A DNA stretch of 63,375 nucleotides, filler included, from Octopus bimaculoides (taxonomy: Eukaryota): assembly GCF_001194135.2 (NCBI RefSeq). It is 5 parts of 4 records of this genome, joined end to end, with 100 filler letters (N's around TTAATTAATTAA, not from the genome) between each part and the next. Parts side by side here need not be neighbours in the genome. Positions count along the whole stretch, not along the records: positions 41,449 to 52,127 come from NC_069004.1; positions 52,228 to 61,355 come from NC_068992.1; positions 61,456 to 63,375 come from NW_026438542.1; 2 more parts are not named here. The stretch is one strand, 5' to 3'. Position numbers and translations under genes: made by a program. Numbering within the stretch: position 1 is the first letter of the stretch; every line of letters starts with the position of its first letter. Below are positions 51,576-62,124 of this stretch, in pieces. The notes beneath the pieces are model-generated. The model searched no databases and was not told the DNA's origin. It saw only the letters and a list, made by a program, of their open reading frames with translations.

Positions 51576-52127
51576 AAGCTCATGAAGTATGAGAGATGAA
51601 TATATTTATTTAATTGCTTGCCATCCTTAAGATTACGGCTGTTTCACAGCCTTCATCATGTAATAATAATTTCAGTATATAATAAATTATGTTTACATGT
51701 TAGCACTAATATTCATGCTACGCATGATACAATACAATTGTATAGTCACAAATCAATGCAGATACAGAAAGCCAGCTCATCAGATCATCATAACGTCCTT
51801 TTTACACCAATGTTTCGACATTGGAGTAACCATGACGTTCTGGTGGTCAGATGAGCTCTAACGTAGATGTTTCTTTATTTGCTCACGTAGATGTTCTCCC
51901 GTCTACCCGTGAGAAGACAGAGAGCGATCGACGAAGTTCTAGATGCCAGGCGCCCGCTCTCGGTCTTGGCTTCACGTAGGACTGCAGCTCCATCAAGAAG
52001 ATAAGCTGCGGAAAGGTTTCCCTCACCCATTCACCATCTAGGAATCTCTGTGGGTTGTGCAGCCTCAGTGTGTGTCTGCTCATCAACAACCTGGACATGC
52101 TTAACTATATATATATGCTTAACTACA

Positions 52128-52227
52128 NNNNNNNNNNNNNNNNNNNNNNNNNNNNNNNNNNNNNNNNNNNNTTAATTAATTAANNNNNNNNNNNNNNNNN
52201 NNNNNNNNNNNNNNNNNNNNNNNNNNN
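52128..52227. other. Artificial scaffold linker N44-TTAATTAATTAA-N44
   Basis: Exact 100-nt pattern. Confidence 0.95.
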
Positions 52228-52274
<47 letters not shown>

Positions 52275-52451
52275 TATATATATATTGTGTTCTTATTTAC
52301 TTTCATCCTTGCATATGCGCGGATATAACATTTCACTCGTCAGTCATCGCCATAAGATTTAAGATGCAAAACGGATCAAGATAATGACAGGATAGTGAGA
52401 CATCTGTAAGTTACTGGGTTTAAGAAACAAAAAAATATACAATAATTTAAT

Positions 52452-52838
52452 AGGCGCAGGCGTTGTGGTGTGGTGTGGTGAGAAGCTTGCTTTTCAACCA
52501 CATGGTTCGGGGTTCAGTCCCACTGCGTGGCACCTTGTACTATAGCCTCGGATCGACCAAAACCTTGTGAGTGTATTTGGTAGACGGAAGCTGAAAGAAG
52601 CCAGTCGTATATATATATGTGCATGTGTGGGTGTTTGTGCTTTTGTGGTTGTCCCCCCTACCATGGCTTGACAACTGATGTTGGTGTGTTTACATCCCCG
52701 TAACTTAACGGATCGGCAGAAGAGCTCGATAGAATAAGTACTAGGTTTACAAAGAATTAAGTCCTGCAGGTCAGTTTGTTCGACTAAAGGCGGTGCTCCA
52801 GCATGGCCGCGGTCAAATGACTGAAACAAATAAAAGAA
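52452..52838 (+). mobile_element. SINE family A, near full length
   Basis: aggcgcagg...gggttcagtcccactgcgtggcacctt...ggcggtgctccagcatggccgcggtcaaatgactgaaac. Confidence 0.9.
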
Positions 52839-52986
52839 CAAAAGATCACTATTGCTCCTCTCTTTCGGTCGCCATCGTAAGCTCCAGTGATGAGCATTGC
52901 AAGATAACTGGCACTATTTGACTATAATGTTTATGTCAGTGTATCTTTCTCTGAGAAGAGCTGCCTTCTCCACGACTTGTCAGAAA

Positions 52987-53335
52987 TACAGTTCTATATT
53001 TAACAGATGAGGAATTATGTACATTATGTACATTATTTACATTCGACGGATATTTGTCCTCATCTTGTTTCTTGTTAACACAACGTTTCGGCTGATATAC
53101 CCTCCAGCCTTCATCAGGTGCCTTGGGGAAATTTCGAACCTGGGCGCTCATTCCTAAGGTATTTTTCGATGTTATTATTATCATTATTATTTTATGTTTG
53201 ACTTTTGCTTTGCATTTTACAAGTTGGATCCAAGTCTCACCCAGAGACCTCAAGAGACAAGTTAGAAGTTCATGTAGGTGTTATGCCTAGGGTACCATAT
53301 ATTTCGATTTGTACATAGTGTTGTTCTAGAGAATG

Positions 53336-53409
<74 letters not shown>

Positions 53410-53485
53410 CCATGTCACTGCCTGGAATCGAACTTGGAATCTTGAGGTTAGTAGCCCGCGCTCTTAACCACTACGTCATATGCCC
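52987..53485 (-). mobile_element. tRNA-headed SINE containing an (AAT)n tract, a nested insert and a hammerhead ribozyme motif
   Basis: Pol III A box (tgacgtagtgg, 53468-53478) and B box (gttcgattcc, 53424-53433), then (AAT)n, body, and hammerhead at 53077-53122. Confidence 0.75.
53077..53122 (-). ncRNA. Minimal type-I hammerhead ribozyme motif
   Basis: GGCAC-CTGATGA-A-GGCTG(gagggtatat)CAGCC-GAAA-CG-TT-GTGTT: 5-bp stem I, 5-bp stem II, palindromic AACGTT stem III, predicted cleavage after GUU. Confidence 0.75.
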
Positions 53486-53750
53486 GTGGGCATTTGCCAG
53501 AAATAACGAGAGCCTTCTCTATCCCTTGGATATTTATGTTTACCTTTAGTCACGGCCCTGACATATACTACTGTTCAGGGTTAGAACGGAATTGGGAGTA
53601 TTGGTAATCAAGGTCTGATTCCACACCACTCCGCATCATCTCCAGAACTCCCGAACTGGTGCTTCGATACTGGATGTAGTTTAACATCATACCTACGACA
53701 CATACATACATACACACACATATTCAATGCAGTAATATTTATTGGCGCTA

Positions 53751-53968
53751 AGGTGGTGAGTTGGCAGAAACGTTAGCACGCCGGGCGAAATGCTTAGCGG
53801 TATTTCGTCTGCCGTTACGTTCTGTGTTCAAATTCCACCGAGGTCGACTTTGCCTTTTATCCTTTCGGGGTCGATAAATTAAGTACCAGTTGCGTACTGG
53901 GGTCGACCTAATCGACTGGCTCCTTCCCCAAAGATTTCAGGCCTTGTGCCTAGATTAGAAACGAATAA
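53751..53968 (+). mobile_element. SINE family B, young-looking copy
   Basis: ggcagaaacgttagcacgccgggcgaaatgcttagcggtatttcg...gttcaaattccaccgaggtcgactttgcc. Confidence 0.9.
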
Positions 53969-54374
53969 TGGATGTTTAATGTCATACTTACGACTTATAC
54001 ATACATACATACATGCAGATGCCCTGACACCTATATACACGTGCATTAAGCAGGATAGATGATTAATTAGTACTTCGACAAAATGGTTAGTGACATTTCT
54101 CCGATTCTTTACGTTCCGAGTTCAAATCCTGTCGAAGTCAACTTTGCCTTGCATATCTTCCTTATGAGTCGATAAAATAAAGAACCAGTCAAACTATGAT
54201 GTCAATGTATTCAACTTTTTCTCTCATTTCAAGCATTACTGGCGTTGAACCCTACGTTAGACAGGCGTCCCGATCCAGGGTCATGCTGTAATCGCAAGTA
54301 TTTATAAATTATGGAAACCGGGTAACCAGCCTTATGAGTTCTACAACCGAAGAAGAAACATATACGCACTCGCA

Positions 54375-54405
54375 TATCTATCTATCTATCTATCTATCTA
54401 CCTAT

Positions 54406-54444
<39 letters not shown>

Positions 54445-54474
54445 CCTATTTTTCTATCTATCTATCTATTTATC

Positions 54475-54512
<38 letters not shown>
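54375..54512. repeat. (CTAT)n microsatellite
   Basis: Seen directly. Confidence 0.95.
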
Positions 54513-54516
<4 letters not shown>

Positions 54517-55499
54517 TGCTAATTGTCAAATTCTTCTATTCACGTCTACATATATTTAAGTCTGTCTGTAAGTAAATCTGCATGTTTCTATATATTTAAG
54601 TACATAGAAGAATGTATTATGTATCTGTGTATGTATACATGCATATCATCTTGATGGGTGTTAAGGCAATCAGACAGCTTGGTAAATGTTAGCACATGTG
54701 TTACAAGTCAAGAATATTGCTGTTGACATATAATTTCTGACAAACATGTAAGACATTTCTCATCTGCAAGAATCAACAGGATGTTTTTACAGTGTTTCCC
54801 TCGGCCATTGTTCGTGTTGTTGTTGCTGTTCTGCTTTTTTCTTGTTGCTTCGGCTTTAAATGCTGGTGTTCTAGTTGTTGTTGCTGTTGTCACTATTTAT
54901 TCCCGCTGTTTTATTTTGCATTTCATTTTCATAGAATTAATGCCATATATAAACAATATAACAAATAAACAAATTTTGACAAATATTTATATTTTTTAAA
55001 AATACGATTATGTTTTTCAAATTTATTTTTCTTCGCTTTCATGCAATGATACGTTTTGTTCAAAATACTTTTTCTCTTATTTTTTTCTCCCCATATACCT
55101 TGTCCTTAATTCTTTCTGTCACAGAAATGCTTGGCAAGTCCTAGATTTAGAATTGTAAAAAGTAAAAAAAAAACCCAACAAAACCAAGATCAAATTAAAC
55201 CTTTAATATTGATGCCATTGTCTTGGTTGTATCGTGGTGAATTTGGAAGTAACGTTAGTTTCGGGAAGAAACATTAACACGATGGACAAGATTCTTAGTA
55301 AAATTTGGTCTGGCTCTTTACCCTCCGAGTTCCAATCCAGCTGAAGTCTACTTTGCTTCTCGTTCTCTGAGGTTGATGCAATCGATTTACTCCCACCAGC
55401 AAAATTCCAAATCTCTTGTCGAATGAAGAATCATTTACCACCTGAATGTCGTACCTTGCTCCAGTTCCCGTCTGACAAGACTGGAGCACCTTTCGCTAG

Positions 55500-56260
55500 A
55501 TGTGACGTCTTCCAGTTTCTAGGCGCTCCATTTGCTGGCAACACCCGATGAGTGGAGGAGGGAGCAAGCCTTGGCCGATGATGTAGAGACAAATGCTGAG
55601 GCTACGGCATTTCCAGCATTTCCTTGACAGGAGCAGGTGCCGTTGCTGTTTGTCTCCTTGACTGAGCTACAATCCTGATTCAAGCGTAAACTGAGTCAGA
55701 ACACCTGGAACATGAAGTGCCTTCAGACGTTCACAACCCTTTGCCATTTAGGCATGGCGATCGGTAGAAGTTCCATTTTAGCAAGTTATAGAGGTTTAGT
55801 GGCGGGAAAGTGTGACGACGTTCTCGGAGAGACTCAGAGGGTCGATGGGAATCAGCTTGCTGGTCTGTTCCGAAGAAATTTTGGGCCGGGGCCTATAGAT
55901 AGTTTCCAGAACTCTTTGGTCTGGTAGTGAAAGCGAGGGCCATTGCTGGTTCGAGATAAACTCTGCGGGCATTGAAGTACCGTTAACTGAGATGCGCGCA
56001 GAGAAACGAAACTGTTCTGTTCGCACTTGGCCAGTGCCCAAGCATTGCTGGTTTATGGATTTATGTCGAACACCTAAGTCTAGTGTAAAGACCCTCATGC
56101 AACCTCTCTTGACTGCTAAAGATGGACAGTGTCCGGTGACCTTAGTGAAGGTGGTTGTGTGGTAGGTCAGATTGAATGGAATGAAGTCATTCCCCTTCCT
56201 CTTCGGCCGATTAAGAAGCGTGGGGGAATTCTAGGATCTGAGCAGAACGTGCGATATTTA
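55500..56260 (-). mobile_element. Possible degenerate LINE ORF1 (gag-like zinc-knuckle) remnant
   Basis: GC-richer segment with scattered C..GH / C...H traces across frames (QCLGT/GHWPS...LCAH); heavily frameshifted. Confidence 0.25.
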
Positions 56261-56438
56261 GGCCACGCATAATTTGTACCTCTTTGATCCATTTACATAT
56301 GGCGTAGATTTCATCACGATACTCCACTTGATTGTACGTGGTGCACAGTCAATCTTCGGATACTGTACATGACAAACCAACTTAGTGGCTTTATTTTGAG
56401 CGATCCGAAATGTAGGGCAAATGCAAGCCCATGAACAA

Positions 56439-56656
56439 ATATTCTTTTCTACTCTAGGCACAAGGCCCGTAATTTTGGGGGAGGGGACCAGTTAATTAGA
56501 TCGACCCCAGTACGCAAGTGGTACTTAATTAGTCAACCCCGAAAGGATGAAATGCAAAGTCGATCTCGGCGAAATTTGAACTCAGAACGTAAAGACAGAC
56601 GAAATACCGCTAAGCATTTCGCCCGGCATGCTAACGTTTCTGCCAGCTCGCCGCCT
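56439..56656 (-). mobile_element. SINE family B, full length
   Basis: Reverse complement of the 53751-53968 sequence, head ggcggcgagctggcagaaacgttagc. Confidence 0.9.
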
Positions 56657-57517
56657 TCTCATGATCAAATATTGTCTAACTGGAGGACACCACCCTTTCC
56701 GGATTGAGCAGCTACCTTGCAGATTTTGGCCTTCTCCCAGTTCAATTATTCTACATCAGCCGGATTAATTATGATTTCAGCAGACAAAGGAGACGCAGCA
56801 TTATATTTTCTTTCTTTTTCTGTTTTTATTTAGCCATTGTCTTTTCGTTCTGCTTTATGCATCTACCTTCTTGCTTTTTTTTCCTCGTAGTTTCTCATAC
56901 ACCAAAACCCTGAATTTCAAATAGGAGTAACCATGCGCATTGAGACTAAAAAAAGTAGGTTATATAAATCTGCCGGGGTATCGAGTTTCCACAACACGAA
57001 AGCAATTGTAGCTCTTATTTAAATACAGTCTATATTAAATGATATTGTCTCTTATTCGATGGAGTAATTTTTCATAGTACATACAAGCATACATACATAC
57101 ATACATACATGCATACATACATATATAATATATATAGATAGATATCAAAAGAAGCAGCAGGATATCCAGAGGTAATACAGTACAATCGTTTCAAGCGACT
57201 CCATTTAAGTGAAGAATGCAACCATTACATCAATTTAAATGCAGAGCAATCCTCAGCTGCATAATTACATAAAATAAAATTTTAAAAATAGATACATTAG
57301 TATAATTTTACCTATAACCTCTCAGAAGTTAAGGATCGTACTGCATTACTTCTGAATATCCTGTTGCTTATTTTGATTTTAATCACCTCATTTTGAAACT
57401 GTATGGATAATACCGTACTAAATTCTGGTGCCTCAACTTAAGTACCTAATTCCTCTGAATCTAATTTTTTTGCTAGATAGATAGATAATTATACATACAT
57501 AGATACATACACACACG

Positions 57518-57548
<31 letters not shown>

Positions 57549-58782
57549 NNNNNNNNNNNNNNNNNNNNNNNNNNNNNNNNNNNNNNNNNNNNNNNNNNNN
57601 NNNNNNNNNNNNNNNNNNNNNNNNNNNNNNNNNNNNNNNNNNNNNNNNNNNNNNNNNNNNNNNNNNNNNNNNNNNNNNNNNNNNNNNNNNNNNNNNNNNN
57701 NNNNNNNNNNNNNNNNNNNNNNNNNNNNNNNNNNNNNNNNNNNNNNNNNNNNNNNNNNNNNNNNNNNNNNNNNNNNNNNNNNNNNNNNNNNNNNNNNNNN
57801 NNNNNNNNNNNNNNNNNNNNNNNNNNNNNNNNNNNNNNNNNNNNNNNNNNNNNNNNNNNNNNNNNNNNNNNNNNNNNNNNNNNNNNNNNNNNNNNNNNNN
57901 NNNNNNNNNNNNNNNNNNNNNNNNNNNNNNNNNNNNNNNNNNNNNNNNNNNNNNNNNNNNNNNNNNNNNNNNNNNNNNNNNNNNNNNNNNNNNNNNNNNN
58001 NNNNNNNNNNNNNNNNNNNNNNNNNNNNNNNNNNNNNNNNNNNNNNNNNNNNNNNNNNNNNNNNNNNNNNNNNNNNNNNNNNNNNNNNNNNNNNNNNNNN
58101 NNNNNNNNNNNNNNNNNNNNNNNNNNNNNNNNNNNNNNNNNNNNNNNNNNNNNNNNNNNNNNNNNNNNNNNNNNNNNNNNNNNNNNNNNNNNNNNNNNNN
58201 NNNNNNNNNNNNNNNNNNNNNNNNNNNNNNNNNNNNNNNNNNNNNNNNNNNNNNNNNNNNNNNNNNNNNNNNNNNNNNNNNNNNNNNNNNNNNNNNNNNN
58301 NNNNNAAGTAGATGTAGGTATGTACATACATGTACGTATATATGCATATACTCAAATATATATATATATATATATAAATGTATATGTGTGTGAGATTAGT
58401 ATGTGTGTGTATGCATTCATGGGTATGCATATCCATGAATACATACACACACATGCACACTCACACACAGATAGACATATGCTTTAGGTCACAATGGAGA
58501 AATATAGGAAAAAGAAACCTAATTAAAACTTTGCCTATACTTCTCCATCCATCTGTTAATTTTTATCACCAGCATCAGCATCACCGTCATCGCTATTATC
58601 ATCACAGTAATTACGACACGAAGTTAGTTATATGCATTGTGACTTTTGGAAAACTTTCTTCAGGAAGTCCTAGTATATTTTTGTCTCGGTGCGTGTGTTT
58701 ATAAATTCTTTTAATCTTAGAAAATTACTATTTGAAAATCTCACAAAAAGAGATATTCAGCAACAGTACTTTGTAGTAATGA

Positions 58783-59138
58783 TTGTTTGCCAACATAACA
58801 TGGCAGTCCTGGGTTAGGACTAATGTTGCTGTAATTTAGCCCCAGGAGACATCGTCTCCAGCTGGCTATACGACACGATCTGTGTCCTTATATTTTCAAA
58901 CAAGGGAATCTAGCACCCCCGCTCAGCTCAAAACATCTGTGTATCGTGATTTCTGGGTTATTTCTCTTCATCACGATACAGATATTGTTTTGAGCTGAGT
59001 GGGGGTGCTAGATTCCCTTGTTTGAAAACGTAAGGACACAGATCGTGTCGTATAGCCAGCTAGAGACGGCATCTCCTGGGGCTAAATTACAACAACATTC
59101 GTCCTAAATCAGGACTGCCATGTTATGTTAGCCAACAA
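58783..59138. mobile_element. Foldback / palindromic MITE (arms about 168 bp, 19-nt loop at 58951-58969)
   Basis: The two arms are reverse complements along their length (e.g. aacaagggaatctagcaccccc / gggggtgctagattcccttgtt). Confidence 0.9.
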
Positions 59139-59239
59139 ACTTTTAATCTTGTTCGGTACTTCTCTTCTTCCATTCCTTAGTCTCTCTCGGGTTGCAGGCT
59201 TTGTTTCAACTACCATTCACACGCATGTATGTATGTATT

Positions 59240-59610
59240 GTGGAGGCGCAATGCCCCAGTGGTTACGGCAGCGAACTCGCGGTTTCGATTCCTAGACTAG
59301 GCGTTGTGACTGTTTATTGAGCGAAAACACCTAAAGCTCCTCGAGGCTCCGGCATGTGGTGGCGGCGAACCCTGCTGTACTCTTTCACCACAACTTTTTC
59401 TCGCTCTTTCTTCATGCTTCTGTTGTACATGTATTTCAAAAGGCCAGCCTTGTCACACTCTGTGTCACGTTGAATCTCCCTGAGAACTACGTTAAAGGTA
59501 CATGTGTCTGTAGAGTGCTCAGCCACTTGAACGTTAATTTCACGAGCAGGCTGTTCCGCTGATTGGATCAACTGGAACCCTCGTCGTCGTAACCGACGGG
59601 GTGCCGTAGT
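59240..59610 (+). mobile_element. tRNA-derived SINE of a further distinct family
   Basis: Head ggcgcaatgccccagtggtta...gtttcgattcctagac (A/B boxes), unique body, ends in a (GTAT)n tail. Confidence 0.7.
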
Positions 59611-59899
59611 ATGTACGTACGTATGTATGCATGCATGTATGTATGTATGTATTTATGTATGTATGTATGTGTGTGTGTATGTATGTATGTATGTATGTAT
59701 GTATGTATGTGTGTGTGTGTGTATGTATGTATGTAAATATATTCATAAACACACACACACACAAACACATACATACTCGTAAATCTGTATAGCTTATAAT
59801 GAAACTTAGTTGTATCGAATAGCGGTAACACGAAACTCGGTGTGCCGACAGCGTAACATATCAGTTTAAATGGGTTTTATTATATAAAATGCACACACA

Positions 59900-59933
<34 letters not shown>

Positions 59934-60349
59934 CATTTATATACATATATATGTTTGTTTATATATATATATATGTATGTGTGTATAGATATATCTATAT
60001 ATATGTATATAAATGCATGTGTATGGATATATGTCTGTATGTGTGTGTGTGTTTTTGTGTGTGTGTAGGTATGTATGGTGTATGTATGCATGGGTGTGTA
60101 TGTAGGTATGTGTGTGTATTTGTGTAAGTATGCATGTGTGTATGTATGCATGCCTGTGTATGTATGTATGTATGTACGAATGTATGCATGTGAGTATGTA
60201 TATATTGTATATGTATATATGCATGTGTGTATGTATGTATTTACGTATCTTGAATACGCCAATTGTTCCTCCAAACATTTAGAAGCTGTCTACGAAGCAG
60301 ACACAACTGTCTTCCCCTCCCCCTCCCTCCTAGTTAGCGTTATCATCGA

Positions 60350-60671
60350 GCACATCATCATCATCATCTTAATCATCATCGTCATCATCATCATCATCAT
60401 CATCATCATCGTCATCATCATCATCATCATCATCGTCATTATCATCATCATGGTCGTCATCATCATCACCATTCATCAACATCATCGTCGCCATCATCAT
60501 CATCGTCGTCATCATCATCGTTGTCGTCATCGTCGTCGTCGTCATCATCATCATCATCATCATCGTTATCGTCATCAATACAACTACAACCAGAACCATT
60601 GTCATCATCACCATCCTCACCACCATCGCCAACATAATCATCAGCAGCATTATCATCACCATCACCACTAA

Positions 60672-60713
<42 letters not shown>

Positions 60714-61355
60714 TATCATCATCATCATCATTACCACCATCATCAGCATTACCGTCATCATCATTCATCACCATCATCATCATCCTTGTCATCATCATCA
60801 TCATCATCATCATCAACACCTCTGCCCCCCCCCTTACCATCCCCACCTACTTGATAAACATGGCGTGTGCCTGGAGCGCTGCATTAAACTCGTCTCATCT
60901 ATTTCCTGCTTACCGCACGCCATGGCTTCAGTTCATATGCCCTTTCCTTCCCCTTCCGCCTGAACCTCACTACCTCACCCGCTGCCTCCTCCCACTCCTC
61001 CTCCCGCTCCGCAACCCTCTCCTCCTCTTCCTCCCCCTCCCTTTTATCTACCTTCTCGTCACAATCATCATCATCATCAACACCACCACCATCAGAATCA
61101 TGATGATCCTGATGAGCATCGTAGTCTTGGCTACTAAAGCCAATTCCATCTCACCTTCCTCATCATAACCATCATCATACTATTACAAAAGCCACTATCA
61201 CCACCACCAACAACCCCGCCTTTAATACCACGACCAGCCGTACCACTACGACGACGGCGACGACTACTACCACCACAACCAACAAAAACAACAACAACAC
61301 AACTGCAATCATTTGTACAATCAGTTCCTCCATCGTCACCACCACCACCTCCACC
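60350..61355. repeat. Long compound (CAT)n/(CGT)n/(CAC)n/(CCT)n trinucleotide region
   Basis: Seen directly; source of the poly-H, poly-D, poly-M and poly-I ORFs. Confidence 0.95.
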
Positions 61356-61455
61356 NNNNNNNNNNNNNNNNNNNNNNNNNNNNNNNNNNNNNNNNNNNNT
61401 TAATTAATTAANNNNNNNNNNNNNNNNNNNNNNNNNNNNNNNNNNNNNNNNNNNN
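61356..61455. other. Artificial scaffold linker N44-TTAATTAATTAA-N44
   Basis: Exact 100-nt pattern. Confidence 0.95.
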
Positions 61456-61486
<31 letters not shown>

Positions 61487-61519
61487 CATATGTCTGTCTG
61501 TCGGTATACATATATATAC

Positions 61520-61647
61520 ATACATAGTTCAAATTTATAGAAAAATAAAAATGAAGGCAGGTATAGGAACAACAAGCAAATGTATTAGTTTGACACTTGG
61601 GAAAAATGGAGAAGTCTTTTACATTTCAAGCCTAGGTTCTTCGACAT
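61520..61647 (-). mobile_element. Second copy of the 48291 repeat family (hammerhead U6 variant), interrupted by a LINE
   Basis: Reverse complement aTGTCGAAGAACctagGCTTGAAATGTAAAAGACttctccatttttcccaag parallels 48295-48345. Confidence 0.65.
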
Positions 61648-62030
61648 GTCCACTGCATCTCACATAAGAACGAGATACTGCAGCAGCCTTGGTTTCAGAG
61701 GACCTCAGCTCTTCAATGCCCTGCCAAAACATTTGAGAGACCTGCAAGACATGGATGTGGAGGTCTTCAAGACAAAACTCGACACTTTCCTCTCCACAAT
61801 ACCAGACGAACCAATGGCTCGAAATGAGACACAGTTTAGGGCAGCGATGTCAAATTCTCTTATACACCAGATGTGCCATCAAAACTCTTGATTGGACTAT
61901 ATCAAGTGGAGAAGAGCCATGCAAGGAACGTGAAGAGAGCACAGCATAAAGACGGAAAATCACGGTGGTGCTCCAGCATGACCACAGCCACTTGGCTGAA
62001 ACCCATAAATAAATAAATAAATAAATAAAA
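61646..62030 (+). mobile_element. CR1-clade LINE 3' end with (TAAA)n tail
   Basis: SSLGFRGPQLFNALPKHLRDL...VEVFKTKLDTFLSTIPDEP...RAAMSNSLIHQ is the CR1-type RT C-terminal pattern. Confidence 0.8.
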
Positions 62031-62124
62031 TAAATATATATATATATATATATATACACATACATATATATATGTATGTGTATATTTATGCATGTGTGAA
62101 GATGATGATAATATATATATATAT

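Noticed and set aside
51625-51662. Hammerhead-like ATGATGA-A-GGCTGT/ACAGCC-GTAA on the minus strand
   Set aside because: Both core boxes are mutated and no stem I or cleavage triplet can be assigned.
51883-52098. 71-aa GC-richer ORF (MSRLLMSRH...)
   Set aside because: No recognisable domain; it abuts a contig end and is probably a repeat fragment.
60075-61168. Poly-His, poly-Asp, poly-Met and poly-Ile ORFs
   Set aside because: These are six-frame readings of a compound (CAT)n microsatellite with no non-repetitive domain or splice support.
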